From NCBI GenBank assembly GCA_963663405.2, contig CAXXSM010000021.1, forward strand, positions 76,519 to 140,518: a DNA stretch of 64,000 bases, written 5' to 3'. Below the pieces are notes generated by a model, which was given only the letters and a program-made list of their open reading frames with translations, had not been told where the DNA came from and made no database searches. The first letter of the stretch is position 1. Every line of letters begins with the position of its first letter. This document shows, in pieces, positions 19,232-32,256 of the stretch. The translations under genes and the position numbers were made by a program. The stretch is from a bacterium (lineage in GTDB: Bacteria > Hinthialibacterota > Hinthialibacteria > Hinthialibacterales > Hinthialibacteraceae).

Positions 19232-20416
19232 TTATGAGACAGAAGCGACCGCCCCGGCGTGTGTGTGAATCCGTTCAATCGCTGAACAGATCACATCGAG
19301 TTCTTCTTCCTTCATATCGGAATAGAGAGGGAGGCTTAAGGCGCGTTGTTGGAGGTGGATTGTATTGGTGAGGGTGTTTTCATTTGTGGGGGTGTATTGG
19401 CGGAAGGCGGTCATTTGATGTAAAACGGGGGAATAATAGACGCGGGTGTGAATCCCATCGTCCAGCAGCGCTTCCGCCAGCCTGCCGCGTGAGACGCCGA
19501 ACGCGGTTTCATCCACGGTGATGGAGAAATCTTTGTACGAGGACCGGCAGCCCTTCGTAATTGTTTGGAATCCGATCCCCGGCAAACGCGCGAGCCGTTC
19601 GCGGTAATACCCGGCGGCTTCGTTACGGCGCTGGATCGATGGTTCCAACATCGCGAACGATCGCAACGCCAAAATCGCATGAAACTCGCTCATCCGGGCG
19701 TTTATACCTGGAAAGAGACAATCGTAATTCCCTGGATTCCCATAATTACGTCCTTGGATGATATGCTCCGCGAGCGCGTCATCGTTCGTGGCCACGATTC
19801 CCCCTTCCCCCGCGATCAACGGCTTAGAGGGGGAAAGGCTGAATACCGCCGCGTTTCCTTCCCCCCCAACAGGCGTTCCATTGTGGAGCGAACCGAATCC
19901 ATGAGCGGCGTCGTAGAGCAGAGGGAGGTTATGTTTGTCCGCTAAACATTGCAACGCTTCCACGGGCGCTGGGTTGCCGAATTGATGCACGGCGAGAATC
20001 GCGGAGGTTTCCTTATGAATGGCCGCTTCCACGGAAGAGAGATCGAGGTTCATCGTTTCCCGGTCTACATCGGCAAAACGCAATCGCAGCCGGTTCCAGT
20101 CCAGGCAGGTTCCGGACGCGATGAAGGTGAAACTGGGAAGAATCACTTCCGAGCCTTCCGGGAGGCGCAGCGCCTGAACTGCGAGAAGAAGACCCGCCGT
20201 GCAGCTGGATACCGCAATGGCGTATTTCACATTCAAATGAGCGGCGATAACGGCGCCGAATTGTTCCGCATACGGGCCGGTCGTGAGCATCCCCGTTTCG
20301 AATATCTCCCGGAAGGGCTCAACCAAATCATTAAGTGGAGGCAGACAAGGCCGGACAAACGGTAAACTGGGAACGGCCAGTGGTTCGCCTCCTATAATTG
20401 CAGGTAAACTGGGCAT
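19232..20416 (-). CDS. DegT/DnrJ/EryC1/StrS PLP-dependent aminotransferase
   Basis: SSCTAGL, YDAAHG and FSLSPSK(PLP-Lys)PLIAGEGG motifs. Confidence 0.92.
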   Translation of the reverse strand: MPSLPAIIGGEPLAVPSLPFVRPCLPPLNDLVEPFREIFETGMLTTGPYAEQFGAVIAAHLNVKYAIAVSSCTAGLLLAVQALRLPEGSEVILPSFTFIASGTCLDWNRLRLRFADVDRETMNLDLSSVEAAIHKETSAILAVHQFGNPAPVEALQCLADKHNLPLLYDAAHGFGSLHNGTPVGGEGNAAVFSLSPSKPLIAGEGGIVATNDDALAEHIIQGRNYGNPGNYDCLFPGINARMSEFHAILALRSFAMLEPSIQRRNEAAGYYRERLARLPGIGFQTITKGCRSSYKDFSITVDETAFGVSRGRLAEALLDDGIHTRVYYSPVLHQMTAFRQYTPTNENTLTNTIHLQQRALSLPLYSDMKEEELDVICSAIERIHTHAGAVASVS

Positions 20417-20644
20417 GGAGAATTTCCTATACTAGGTGTATAATGTGTACTAGAGTTGTTCAAGGCCAATCTGCAAATTTATCTCACAGGCGAGTTCAAA
20501 GCCTTAAAAGAATTTGCAGATACCTAAAATTAAAAAATATTGATTTGTTATTGTTTCGTCTTCCCAATCCATTTTCTTTAATCAATTCAGAAAACGGATT
20601 TTTATTTCACACGATACCACGTATGTAACAACTGAATCTTATAG

Positions 20645-20945
20645 ATTATCACGATTGAGATCAGAACGAACTAATGAAAAAGAAACTCCGGTAACGGTAG
20701 GGTCACGCCTTATCGACCCACCGGGAGTGATCAATGAATACGGCGCCTCATAAAGACGCGACCCACCTACATGGTTATCATGATCGAGATCACAACTTGC
20801 AAATGAAAATGAGTCGCGGATCAGATAGTTATCCGGACCCATTTTCATATAAACCATCATGATTGAGATCACAACCAGCAAATGAAAATGAGTTGCGGGA
20901 GATATCTCGAACGAGGAAATCTCGGAAACTCATTTTCATATAAAA
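20645..20945. repeat. Tandem array of 3 conserved-head/variable-hairpin repeats, with an embedded GTAG-type REP pair
   Basis: Head ATCAYGATYGAGATCACAAC-N3-CAAATGAAAATGAGT at ~20647 (degenerate), 20777 and 20856; gtagg...cctac at 20697-20770. Confidence 0.8.
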
Positions 20946-21182
20946 GAAGAGAATATTGGTAAAAAATAAAGACTTTACACAAATTTGTCGATAGAATATA
21001 ATGGCATTTCAATTATGCCATGGTTTAATCGTGTCTGCAATATGAAACAAATGGATGACACGTATTGGATACGTTATATAAGAAAATTGACATTCCAACG
21101 AATTTCAAGAAGTTTGTTGTATTACCGTATCCACATCCTTGAAAGGCTTCGGGTACAGGGAAAGACCTTGTAAAGAGCAACG

Positions 21183-22055
21183 ATGCATAAGAAGACGAGT
21201 CCTAAATACAAAATTGATCAAGCCGAAGTGGAAAAACGGCTTCAAATGGGCAAGGCCGCCGATGAGCTGAGCAAGATGAAGCAGGAAATGGCGTCAGCGA
21301 ATCGAGCGATCACGATTACGTCGACAGAAGATGTCCCGTTGGAAAATCTCTCTACAGTTGGTATGGGAGATGAGGAAATTTACCTCAATCTCTGCCGGAG
21401 TCTTCAGGAATTTCTCGAAAAATTAGGCGAATACGCCTTTTCCCCAAGTGAAATGAGACGTTATTTTCCAAACTCGAAAATCAAGTATATAATCGGCATT
21501 CTCAAAGCCATTGGAATGGAGCTGGAAGCCCGGTATTTAATGGACGTATTCAAGGATCGCGTCAAACAACTCAATGGAGGCAAACTCCCCACGATCAAAG
21601 TCAGGCAGGGGCTTTTTGGGAAAACCACCGAACGCTTGATGAAACCCGAAGAAATCGCGATAAAATACACGTTGGATGAGGGCGGATCAAAGGAAACAAC
21701 CGGTGATATCAAATCCATAACTCCATCGGGCACAACGCAAAGTTTATTGGATTACTTGAATACACTCTTCCTTCAAAATGAGGATATCTTGGATCCACTG
21801 AAAAAAGGGCCGCGAAAAACCGCCGCCACATTTCTGCGCACCGTAAAATTGTTAAATCCCACGCCAAAAGATAACAATGAAAAATTATTTTTCGCTTGTC
21901 TACTCACACCAGACAGCATACAACCGAGATCCCGCAATGATAAAGAACGGCTGGTCAAGATGCAGGGGCTATTAAAGAAAGGATGTCTATGGCTCGATTC
22001 ACGAATCGCCGCGAAAAAACTGGTGAGAGAGCCCAACCCGGATACCGGCGCCTAG
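21183..22055 (+). CDS. Hypothetical protein
   Basis: 290-aa ORF with no recognised motif. Confidence 0.7.
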   Translation: MHKKTSPKYKIDQAEVEKRLQMGKAADELSKMKQEMASANRAITITSTEDVPLENLSTVGMGDEEIYLNLCRSLQEFLEKLGEYAFSPSEMRRYFPNSKIKYIIGILKAIGMELEARYLMDVFKDRVKQLNGGKLPTIKVRQGLFGKTTERLMKPEEIAIKYTLDEGGSKETTGDIKSITPSGTTQSLLDYLNTLFLQNEDILDPLKKGPRKTAATFLRTVKLLNPTPKDNNEKLFFACLLTPDSIQPRSRNDKERLVKMQGLLKKGCLWLDSRIAAKKLVREPNPDTGA

Positions 22056-22214
22056 CCCAGAGACGATTCCTCACCCATTCATCACAGATTTTTCTCCCCC
22101 TTACCCACGCTCTTTGCTACACTGCACTTGCAAAAACACGTAAAAAAAACGTAAATACCTACACAGTATGAATGCGGTCGATTCAATTTACGAACGAAAG
22201 AGGGGCGGTGACGT

Positions 22215-22837
22215 ATGGATTTAATCATCGACAACGAAAAAGTCGAAGTAACCGAACCGAAAGAAACCCTTCTTCGTAAGATAATCGAGCGGGTTTCCAA
22301 TGAATTAAAAAATCACAACCGCGTAATCAGTGAAATTTATCTGGACAATCGAGTCATGGGGGATGGGATGATCCCGAAGTGGCGAACCGGACGATTGAAG
22401 AATGTGAGAGCGTCCGGCTCGTGTCGGAAGAACCCCGCAAGCTCGCCCACAAAGTTCTCTACCAGATCGCCGAATATATGCCCCGCATTGAAAAAGCGTT
22501 AATTGAAACCTCCAGCCGGATTCAATCCCGGAAAGAACAAGAAGGGATGGAATTGCTTCATCAAGTCACCACAACCTGGTTGGAACTCTATCAAGGACTC
22601 CAAAGCGCGTTAACAGTGACGGGGATGGATATCGACTCTATTCAAGTGAATGATCAAACGTTTTCCGAAATCAATATCGAGATCCAGGATTTTCTCGATG
22701 AAATTCAAGAGATGGTGAAAGAACAGCGGTTTCTTGAACTCTCCGATCTGCTCGAATACGAAATCGCCCCCCGCGTCCCCCTGATTCACGAAGCGATTCT
22801 GCTCACAGTACGGGAATTGGAAAAACAGCTGCATTGA
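22215..22837 (+). CDS. Hypothetical helical protein, one frameshift near 22365
   Basis: GAGG RBS; two overlapping ORFs join at a G-run; ends LSDLLEYEIAP... Confidence 0.65.
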
Positions 22838-22908
22838 AAGAACCGGATCACTCCATCCTGTTTCAGCGAATACCAATCCAGCCCCCCGATCCTTCTAAAG
22901 GAAAGAAT

Positions 22909-23886
22909 TTAAAGCAAACCAAACAGTGAATTCAACGCCGCTTGCGTTCTTTCTAAAGCGGGCTCATTCTCCAGCGCGTTTAATTCCTGATTAAATGGTT
23001 CACAGGTCAACGGACCGTCGTATCCCATCGTTTGTAACGCATTGATGAATCCCTTCAAATCGATGACGCCTGTCTCGCATGGTAATGTGCGGCGATTATC
23101 CACCTGTTCATCGATCGGGATCCCTTTGGGGGCGTCGTTCACGTGCACATCAACAACGTCATCGTTCGTCAGTTCCGCCAATTCATCCAATGCGCCATGT
23201 GATGTATACCAATGCCAAGCGTCCAGCAGTAATCCCATGTTGCCCGTTCCGATCGCGTGACAGAGTTCCAGCATCTCTTTTTGGGTTGATACGAAGGGAT
23301 AGCGAAAACGGGCGCGGGTTGTGCGGGGTCCGACAAATTCGAGTCCCAACCGCATGCCTTCGTCATTCAGGATGTTCGCCGCAACTTTTAAACGTTGCCG
23401 GTGCTGTTCGAAATTTTCACTATAGGTGAGATCGTTTGTGCCGGGCATGATCCACGTGGAGACGCGGGTCACACCCACACTTCGCAGAATCTTGGCCTGT
23501 TTTACAAATTTCTTGATTCCACTCTTAAAATCTTCCTCGCTGCGCCGGAATTGGACCGGCAGGCCGGCCTGTCCCCATTGAATCCCTTTAGCCTTCATTT
23601 CCGCCGTGAAATCTTCACGTTCGCTGGGATCGGCTTTCTCCAATTCACCTAGGTTGGCGGTGATGCCTCCAAAACCATATTTCACCGCATACGCGAGCGT
23701 CTGCGGGAGATTCGCACTCACGCCGATCATCCCTGGATTCAGATTTTTATACATTTTCACCTTCTTCTCCGACGCGTCAACACGCCCCGCCGTTCCCAAC
23801 GCCAATCCGGTTCCCACAACCGAAGCCACTTTCATAAATCTTCTGCGGGTAGTCTCTATCTTTTTTGTTTCACGTTCACTCAACAT
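22909..23886 (-). CDS. Tat-exported sugar phosphate isomerase/epimerase (AP_endonuc_2 TIM barrel)
   Basis: TRRRFMK signal; LGLEFVGP, LLDAWHW, VHVNDAP and CEPF motifs. Confidence 0.85.
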   Translation of the reverse strand: MLSERETKKIETTRRRFMKVASVVGTGLALGTAGRVDASEKKVKMYKNLNPGMIGVSANLPQTLAYAVKYGFGGITANLGELEKADPSEREDFTAEMKAKGIQWGQAGLPVQFRRSEEDFKSGIKKFVKQAKILRSVGVTRVSTWIMPGTNDLTYSENFEQHRQRLKVAANILNDEGMRLGLEFVGPRTTRARFRYPFVSTQKEMLELCHAIGTGNMGLLLDAWHWYTSHGALDELAELTNDDVVDVHVNDAPKGIPIDEQVDNRRTLPCETGVIDLKGFINALQTMGYDGPLTCEPFNQELNALENEPALERTQAALNSLFGLL

Positions 23887-24144
23887 AATTCTGCTTCTCC
23901 TGATTTTTTTTATCAAATTCTGATTCCCCATCATACTCATCGTAGATGGTTCGATCTAGATGGATGTATATAATGTGAAAGTGGAAACGAATAATAGAGA
24001 ACTTCAATTACGAAAAAAAAGAAAAACTGTAAATTTATATAATTCTGCAGGTCTACGCGTCTATTGCAATGGAGGAATCGATTTCGTACAATGAATCGAT
24101 TTTGATGAATTCAATCCAACCCATCAAATGGAGAAAACTCGGCC

Positions 24145-25548
24145 ATGAACGCATTTAAGAATCTCTCTCTTCTCGTTGTTTGCCTTCTCATTTGCGCGTC
24201 CGTTTTTGGGGAGCCAACAAACGGTCCCTTGCAGGTTTGTCCAGATAACCCACGTTATTTCGCGGATCAAAGCGGTGAAGCGGTTCTTCTAACGGGATCG
24301 CATGTTTGGTACAACTTAGTGGATATGGGACCGGGCGATCCGCCTCCTGTGTTTGATTATGAAAAATATCTCGATTGGATGACCTCGCTCAATCATAATT
24401 TCATGCGCATGTGGACGTGGGAAATGGTGGCTTGGGACACGGAGGGAAACAATCCCAAAAACCGCAATGAGAACACATTCCATACGGTCCATCCGTCGCC
24501 CTGGAAACGCACCGGGCCGGGAATCGCATTGGACGGCAAACCACGCTTTGATCTAACGGCGTTTAATCCGGATTATTTCAAACGACTGCGCGAGCGAGTC
24601 ACCGCCGCGAGGGACCGTGGGATTTATGTCTCGATCATGCTTTTTGAAGGTTGGGCTATGCAGCGGATTGAAGGTGGATTTAAATATCATCCCTTCCATC
24701 CATCTAATAACAAAAATGGGATTAACGCCGACGCCAATGGTGATGGAAAAGGCCTCGAAGCATACGAACTTGTTATCCCCGCCGTCACCGCCATTCAGGA
24801 AGCCTTTGTCAAAAAGGTCATCGACACCGTCAACGATTTGGATAATGTACTGTACGAAATCTCAAATGAAAACCATCCTGAATCAACCGAATGGCAGTAT
24901 CACATGATTAATTTCATTCACAACTATGAGAAAGATAAACCCGCTCAACATCCAGTGGGAATGACCTTCCAATTCAAGGGTGGCGCAAATCAAACACTAT
25001 TCGACAGTCCGGCGGAATGGATCTCGCCAAACAATGAAGGCGGATACCGGGACAATCCACCCGATGGCAAAGGAAAGAAAGTGATCCTTACCGACACGGA
25101 TCATCTCTGGGGCATCGGCGGGAATATGGATTGGGTATGGAAGAGCGTCTGCCGGGGAATGAATCCAATCTTCATGGATCCCTATGACGGCATTGTGCTG
25201 GGCAAACCCTTCGATCCCCAATGGGAACCGATCCGAAACAGCATGGGATACGCGCTGCGATACGCAGAGAAAATGAACCTAACCGCCATGACGCCACACT
25301 ACGAGTTGGCGTCCAGCGAATACTGCCTGGCCAATCCAGGAAGCGAATATCTGATCTACCTTCCCACAGGAAACGAAGTCACAGTCGACCTAAGCGGCGC
25401 TGAAACAGCCTATACGGTCGAATGGTTTAGTCCCCTTAAAGCGCAGTTCCGCATCGAATCAGATATCAAAGGCGGCGCATCCAGGACTTTAAAATCACCA
25501 TTTGGTGAAGAGGTGGCGGTGTTGTATTTGAGCTGCGTGGAGAAATGA
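24145..25548 (+). CDS. Secreted DUF6298/DUF4038-like glycoside hydrolase-like protein with C-terminal collagen-binding-like domain
   Basis: Signal peptide; NPRYF, VLYEISNE and DTDHLWG; C-terminal LANPGSEYLIY..VEWFSP. Confidence 0.75.
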   Translation: MNAFKNLSLLVVCLLICASVFGEPTNGPLQVCPDNPRYFADQSGEAVLLTGSHVWYNLVDMGPGDPPPVFDYEKYLDWMTSLNHNFMRMWTWEMVAWDTEGNNPKNRNENTFHTVHPSPWKRTGPGIALDGKPRFDLTAFNPDYFKRLRERVTAARDRGIYVSIMLFEGWAMQRIEGGFKYHPFHPSNNKNGINADANGDGKGLEAYELVIPAVTAIQEAFVKKVIDTVNDLDNVLYEISNENHPESTEWQYHMINFIHNYEKDKPAQHPVGMTFQFKGGANQTLFDSPAEWISPNNEGGYRDNPPDGKGKKVILTDTDHLWGIGGNMDWVWKSVCRGMNPIFMDPYDGIVLGKPFDPQWEPIRNSMGYALRYAEKMNLTAMTPHYELASSEYCLANPGSEYLIYLPTGNEVTVDLSGAETAYTVEWFSPLKAQFRIESDIKGGASRTLKSPFGEEVAVLYLSCVEK

Positions 25549-25795
25549 AATTTCATAATAATGAAAAGTATAGAAACTAACATTTCTTTTTTTTAGACGA
25601 AAAAGTGCGAAGATATTTTCGTGAAATTGCGAGTAGTGTTAACGATCTAAAAAAACCAAAGTATGGGTAAATCCAGACAAAGATAAAGAAACGCCTATTC
25701 AATGGCTTGAGAGTGGAGCGGAGGCAGAGGACGCAAGAATGCTTGGCGCATAAGATTAATTTGATTCTCAATTCTGGATCATAATTGTATGCATG

Positions 25796-27613
25796 TTATT
25801 CCTTTTCTAATGCAAAATCCAAATGTATGTTTTGTAATGCCATTTTGATCTTCTCATAATAAGCGGGATCGAGCATATCTTCTCGATTCAGGGGGAGTAT
25901 CAGGTTTTTGTAGAGGGTTGGATCGTCGAAGAAGATGCTTTTGGTTTGGGATTTGCAGCCTTTTGCGCTTGCGCGGAGGCGGGCTGTGGCGGGGCATTGA
26001 ATTATGTAAGCGCCGTCTTTGATGGATTTGGTTTGAATTGTTTTTGGATTGATTTTGCGGTAATCGATGATGTCAATAACCGCGTTGAGTTTCTTGCCAG
26101 TTTGAGCGTCTGTGATTGCGCCCTGCGCAGTGGCTTGGACCGGTTTGGGTGGGGTGAAATCCGGGGGGTGGAAATAGAATGGACTTGATATGGCTGCTTG
26201 GCGGTCTCCCGATCCAAACGCTTTGACGATATACCACGCCTGTTCCGTTTCCCGGATGGGGAAACCGGTTTCGAATTCATAACTTTCCTTATTGCTGAAA
26301 TTATAGATATGGAATCGTTTGCCGTTCCGGATGATCTCGATCTGCTCCAAGCGGGGCCGTTCTCCGGCCCGGTTTGTGTAATCCACTTCCTGCGAGAATG
26401 CGGTTAACTCCAACATGCGTTTCTGCTTCGAGCATGGAAAGACACTGCCCGGTGGGGCGCCATCAATTGTGGCCATTAGAAGCGGGCCGCTGGTTCCGAT
26501 TGTATGTCCGTTTTGAATCGCGTGGATAATGTTTTCCGATGTAAGCCGTTTTTTGCCGAGATAGACGTAGGTGAGTTTATTCATCGGCCGGGCGTCATGC
26601 CGGTCGTAGCAGGTGTCGGTAAACGCGCAGACGCCGATCTGGTATCCCCAGTTCAAGTACATCGACCAGACGTTCATAGCGTTTTTATCATTTGGATTGT
26701 CCGTCATCCAATCGATTGAAGAGATCAGATCCGGCGCGGTGAGGAGATCGAAAGGCAGTTCGCGCGCGATGTTGGCAGGGCTTTCTTTTGTACCGCCGTA
26801 TTCCCGGACGGGATGTGTATAGATCGTGGTTCCACCTTGTTCAATTAAGGGGCGCAGAATTTCGAAATGCGCGAAGGCTTCATGTTGACCGGATGGATAG
26901 GAATATTCGTTTCGTCCCAATTCTTGATTCCAATCGAGAACGGGGCCCGCGAGACACGCCATGTGTCCCAGGTGATCTTTTGGGTATTCTTCGCCAACGA
27001 AAGCAAGATACTGTTCGTCTGACACACATTCACAGACTTTCCGGACATCATCTATCGTTGGATATTCACCGGGAACGCTGGAGTAATACCCGTTGAAACT
27101 CGACCAATCAGCGCCTTCGGCGCGGGCGATCGCAGCGGCGGTTTCCGCGTTGACGGCGAACTCTTTTTCACCGTGGCAGATGTGTTGGTGGGCGTCGCCG
27201 CCATACCAGCCGTACTGGGGCATATCGACTTCGCAGCGCAGCTGAACTTGGAGAGATTGCGTTTGTCCAGGTTGGAGAGTGAGTTTGCCATGATGCGAGC
27301 GGTATCGATACGGCCTAGAGATCACAAAGCGATAGCTTCCAGCCGTTACATTAAGGATCGTGTCTCCGGAAATCCAGATCCGGGGTTCGTGGCGGTAAGT
27401 GAATGGTTTACCAACAGCGTCCAATCCCCAGATTCCTTCACCCAATTCGTTCGTTAATGATACGCAACAGGGAAGTATCCGGCCCTGACGATCGGAAACG
27501 TGAATCTCAATCCGCCCTGCGTTCGAAACGGCTGAATCGATGAATGAGATTTCCTCGGCGAATGTGAATACTGGGAAGATGGCGAATAAAAGTATGAGTG
27601 CGTTTTTTGACAT
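25796..27613 (-). CDS. Secreted CehA/McbA family (PHP-like) metallohydrolase
   Basis: GWYGGDAHQH, GEEY, YTHP, TSGPLL and AISSPFY motifs. Confidence 0.8.
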   Translation of the reverse strand: MSKNALILLFAIFPVFTFAEEISFIDSAVSNAGRIEIHVSDRQGRILPCCVSLTNELGEGIWGLDAVGKPFTYRHEPRIWISGDTILNVTAGSYRFVISRPYRYRSHHGKLTLQPGQTQSLQVQLRCEVDMPQYGWYGGDAHQHICHGEKEFAVNAETAAAIARAEGADWSSFNGYYSSVPGEYPTIDDVRKVCECVSDEQYLAFVGEEYPKDHLGHMACLAGPVLDWNQELGRNEYSYPSGQHEAFAHFEILRPLIEQGGTTIYTHPVREYGGTKESPANIARELPFDLLTAPDLISSIDWMTDNPNDKNAMNVWSMYLNWGYQIGVCAFTDTCYDRHDARPMNKLTYVYLGKKRLTSENIIHAIQNGHTIGTSGPLLMATIDGAPPGSVFPCSKQKRMLELTAFSQEVDYTNRAGERPRLEQIEIIRNGKRFHIYNFSNKESYEFETGFPIRETEQAWYIVKAFGSGDRQAAISSPFYFHPPDFTPPKPVQATAQGAITDAQTGKKLNAVIDIIDYRKINPKTIQTKSIKDGAYIIQCPATARLRASAKGCKSQTKSIFFDDPTLYKNLILPLNREDMLDPAYYEKIKMALQNIHLDFALEKE

Positions 27614-27654
27614 TTAGTTTCACTTTGAAGGAGATGATTTATGTGTATTATTTT

Positions 27655-27782
27655 TGTCTGAATCAGGATAGACAAGATTCACAGGATATTCAGGATAATT
27701 TTATCAAGCATCCGATAATGGACTCAATTGACATCATTAATATCCTGATCATCCTTCAATCCTGGCGATCCTGATTCAGACA
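27655..27782. repeat. MITE-like palindromic element with 15-bp terminal inverted repeats
   Basis: TGTCTGAATCAGGAT...ATCCTGATTCAGACA with internal 9-bp-periodic CAGGAT/ATCCTG units. Confidence 0.7.
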
Positions 27783-27801
27783 GAAACTTATCCGCAACTA
27801 A

Positions 27802-27860
27802 GCCAGCGCAGAAAAAATAAACGCTCCGGCGCAAGCGCCGGTACTTGCCCTGGGTACCCA
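27802..27860 (-). repeat. REP-like hairpin, copy 2, with an inserted internal hairpin
   Basis: gccagcgcag...ccggcgcaagcgccgg...cttgccctgggtaccca. Confidence 0.55.
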
Positions 27861-27903
27861 AACAGTAGAACAACTGTTCTTGTACTATGTTTCAACCACT
27901 CTT

Positions 27904-30018
<2,115 letters not shown>

Positions 30019-30389
30019 TTAACGGATGGCGCGCAGTTCAACAAAAGCGGCCCTTGCCACCATCACCGAAATGGCCGGCCGAATCCAATACGACAATTGG
30101 GATGATAACTTGGGGGATGTGATTACGGCGTCTGCTATATTGATTATAAGAGTATTAGGAAGGCGTTGATTTAGAGCGCATGGCAGCCAGGTTTCCTGCG
30201 GCGAAAAAAAAAAAAGGAAAATCAGTTATAATTCATATGTAATTGAGTTCCATATCTGCCTTTAGGAATGAAAATTACGACGATTTGTGGATAAATCGGG
30301 AAGAGTTGTTTTGAGTCATGGAGACAGATTGACAAGATGATCTCAATTTGCGATCATCAATGAATTCAAAATTTAAGCGATAAAAAGCC

Positions 30390-31607
30390 ATGCCTAAAGT
30401 TAATCCAAATATATTGCGATGGGCGCGTGAGACGGCTGGACTTACACATGAAGAAGCCGCAAAAAAACTCGCTATTAAAGAGGCTCGTGGAGTATCTCCA
30501 TCCGATCGGCTTAAGGCTTTAGAAGATGGGAAAACAGTTCCTAATCGCTCCATGCTGGTAAAAATGGCTAAACAGTATCGGCGTCCCCTTCTGACCTTCT
30601 ACCTCAGTGATCCACCACAAACAGGAGATAGAGGTGAGGATTACCGTATGTTGCCAGAAACCATCGATCAATTCGGCGCGGCTATTGCCGATGTAGTAAT
30701 CCGCAGAATTCGCACGCGTCAATCTCTCGTTCGCAATGTGTTGATTGAAGAAGAAGAGGCTGAGCCTCTCCCTTATATTAATTCCCTTACAATTAAAAAC
30801 GGTGTCAAAACTGTTGTTCAGTCGATTCGTAAACATTTGCTTTTCGATCTGAATGAATACCGCAACCAAAAAGGGGCTGAAGCCGCTTTTTCTTACTTAC
30901 GGGGACAAACGGAAGAAGCCGGAATTTTCGTATTATTAATTAATAATCTTGGCAGCCACCATACGACAATCAGTGTTGACGCATTTCGTGGATTTGCTCT
31001 CGCTGACAATATCGCTCCTTTCATTGCTATTAATTCGAACGATTCTAAGGGCGCGTGGTGCTTTACTCTTGTCCATGAACTGGCTCATTTGTGGCTTGGC
31101 GCGACAGGTGTCAGCGGGGAAATGGCGGAAAAGAGCATTGAAAAATTTTGCAGTGATGTAGCAAGTGAGTTCCTGGTTCCAAAGGAAGAACTGAAAGAGC
31201 TTCAAGTCGATCAGAAAACGGATTTTGCAGAGGCTAAAGAAAGGATCAGTATTTTTGGGAGAAAACGTTACGTGAGCAGCACAATGATTGCGTACAAACT
31301 CTATCGTTCAAACTATTTTGATTACGCATATTTTAAGGAACTACAAGACGCATATAGAAAAGACTTTCTTGCTAATAAAGAACGAGAACGCGCCATGCGC
31401 CGTGACCAAGGACAAATAGGAGGGCCAAGTTCTTCTATTCTTCAACAATACAGAGCGGGTAAGGCGCTGGTTCGTCTCGTGGAACGGATGATGTATAGCG
31501 GCGCTTTGTGCACAACAAAGGCCGGATTGATTTTAGGAGTTAAAGCCAAAAGCGTTCAAGGAGTCATTGAAGCTGCCCGGCCCGGATATTTGGTTGTAAG
31601 GAGATAA
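30390..31607 (+). CDS. XRE HTH fused to ImmA/IrrE family metallopeptidase
   Basis: ILRWARETAGL HTH; FTLVHELAHLW (HExxH). Confidence 0.9.
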   Translation: MPKVNPNILRWARETAGLTHEEAAKKLAIKEARGVSPSDRLKALEDGKTVPNRSMLVKMAKQYRRPLLTFYLSDPPQTGDRGEDYRMLPETIDQFGAAIADVVIRRIRTRQSLVRNVLIEEEEAEPLPYINSLTIKNGVKTVVQSIRKHLLFDLNEYRNQKGAEAAFSYLRGQTEEAGIFVLLINNLGSHHTTISVDAFRGFALADNIAPFIAINSNDSKGAWCFTLVHELAHLWLGATGVSGEMAEKSIEKFCSDVASEFLVPKEELKELQVDQKTDFAEAKERISIFGRKRYVSSTMIAYKLYRSNYFDYAYFKELQDAYRKDFLANKERERAMRRDQGQIGGPSSSILQQYRAGKALVRLVERMMYSGALCTTKAGLILGVKAKSVQGVIEAARPGYLVVRR

Positions 31608-31609
31608 AG

Positions 31610-32107
31610 TTGCTCTATCTCCTAGACGCCAATGTGCTAATCGACGCTAACCGGGACTATTATCCAATCGGCCGTGTTGACGAATATTGGGCTTGGCTCG
31701 TACATCAAGGGGAACAAGACAGGGTTAAAATCCCCATAGAGATTTATGAAGAGATCAATGTAGGAGACGACGCTCTTGCCGAATGGGCAAAGCAGAGCAC
31801 AACCGTTAGAGCATTGCGCCTTGATGAAGAGGTGGATATTGAACTCGTACAAAGGGTTACCTATGAAGGCTACGCCCCCAACCTTACTGATATCGAGATA
31901 GAGGGAATTGGCCGCGATCCGTTTCTAATTGCTTATGCCTTGGTTGATCCGAATCATAGGTGTGTTGTCACAACCGAAGCCTCAAAACCAAAAGCAACAC
32001 GCCAGAATCGTAGAATTCCAGATGTATGCGCTGATTTAAATGTACAATCGATTAATGCTTTTCAGTTCGTAAGGCAACTCGATTTTCGCACGACTTGGGA
32101 TAGGTGA
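31610..32107 (+). CDS. DUF4411 family PIN-like protein
   Basis: YLLDANVLI, DPFLIAYA, VVTTE and IPDVC motifs. Confidence 0.88.
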   Translation: MLYLLDANVLIDANRDYYPIGRVDEYWAWLVHQGEQDRVKIPIEIYEEINVGDDALAEWAKQSTTVRALRLDEEVDIELVQRVTYEGYAPNLTDIEIEGIGRDPFLIAYALVDPNHRCVVTTEASKPKATRQNRRIPDVCADLNVQSINAFQFVRQLDFRTTWDR

Positions 32108-32256
32108 AAACGAAAAAACGAATATGCAAAGTGAATTCTATAATTGCTTTGTAGCTGAATTGTCGACGGTTTAGGGATTTGCTAGAGCGGGATGGATTGA
32201 ATGTGATTTCATTCATTATTTGAAGTCAAAAAGAATTTCATGTTATGTCCAGAACC

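Noticed and set aside
20639-20881. 80-aa ORF over the repeat array (also 51829-52155 and 52126-52344)
   Set aside because: These are translations of non-coding repeat or intergenic DNA with no RBS or protein motif.
20645-20945. Canonical CRISPR array or known riboswitch
   Set aside because: Unit lengths are irregular, the stem encloses the variable part, there are no cas genes, and it matches no riboswitch consensus I recognise.
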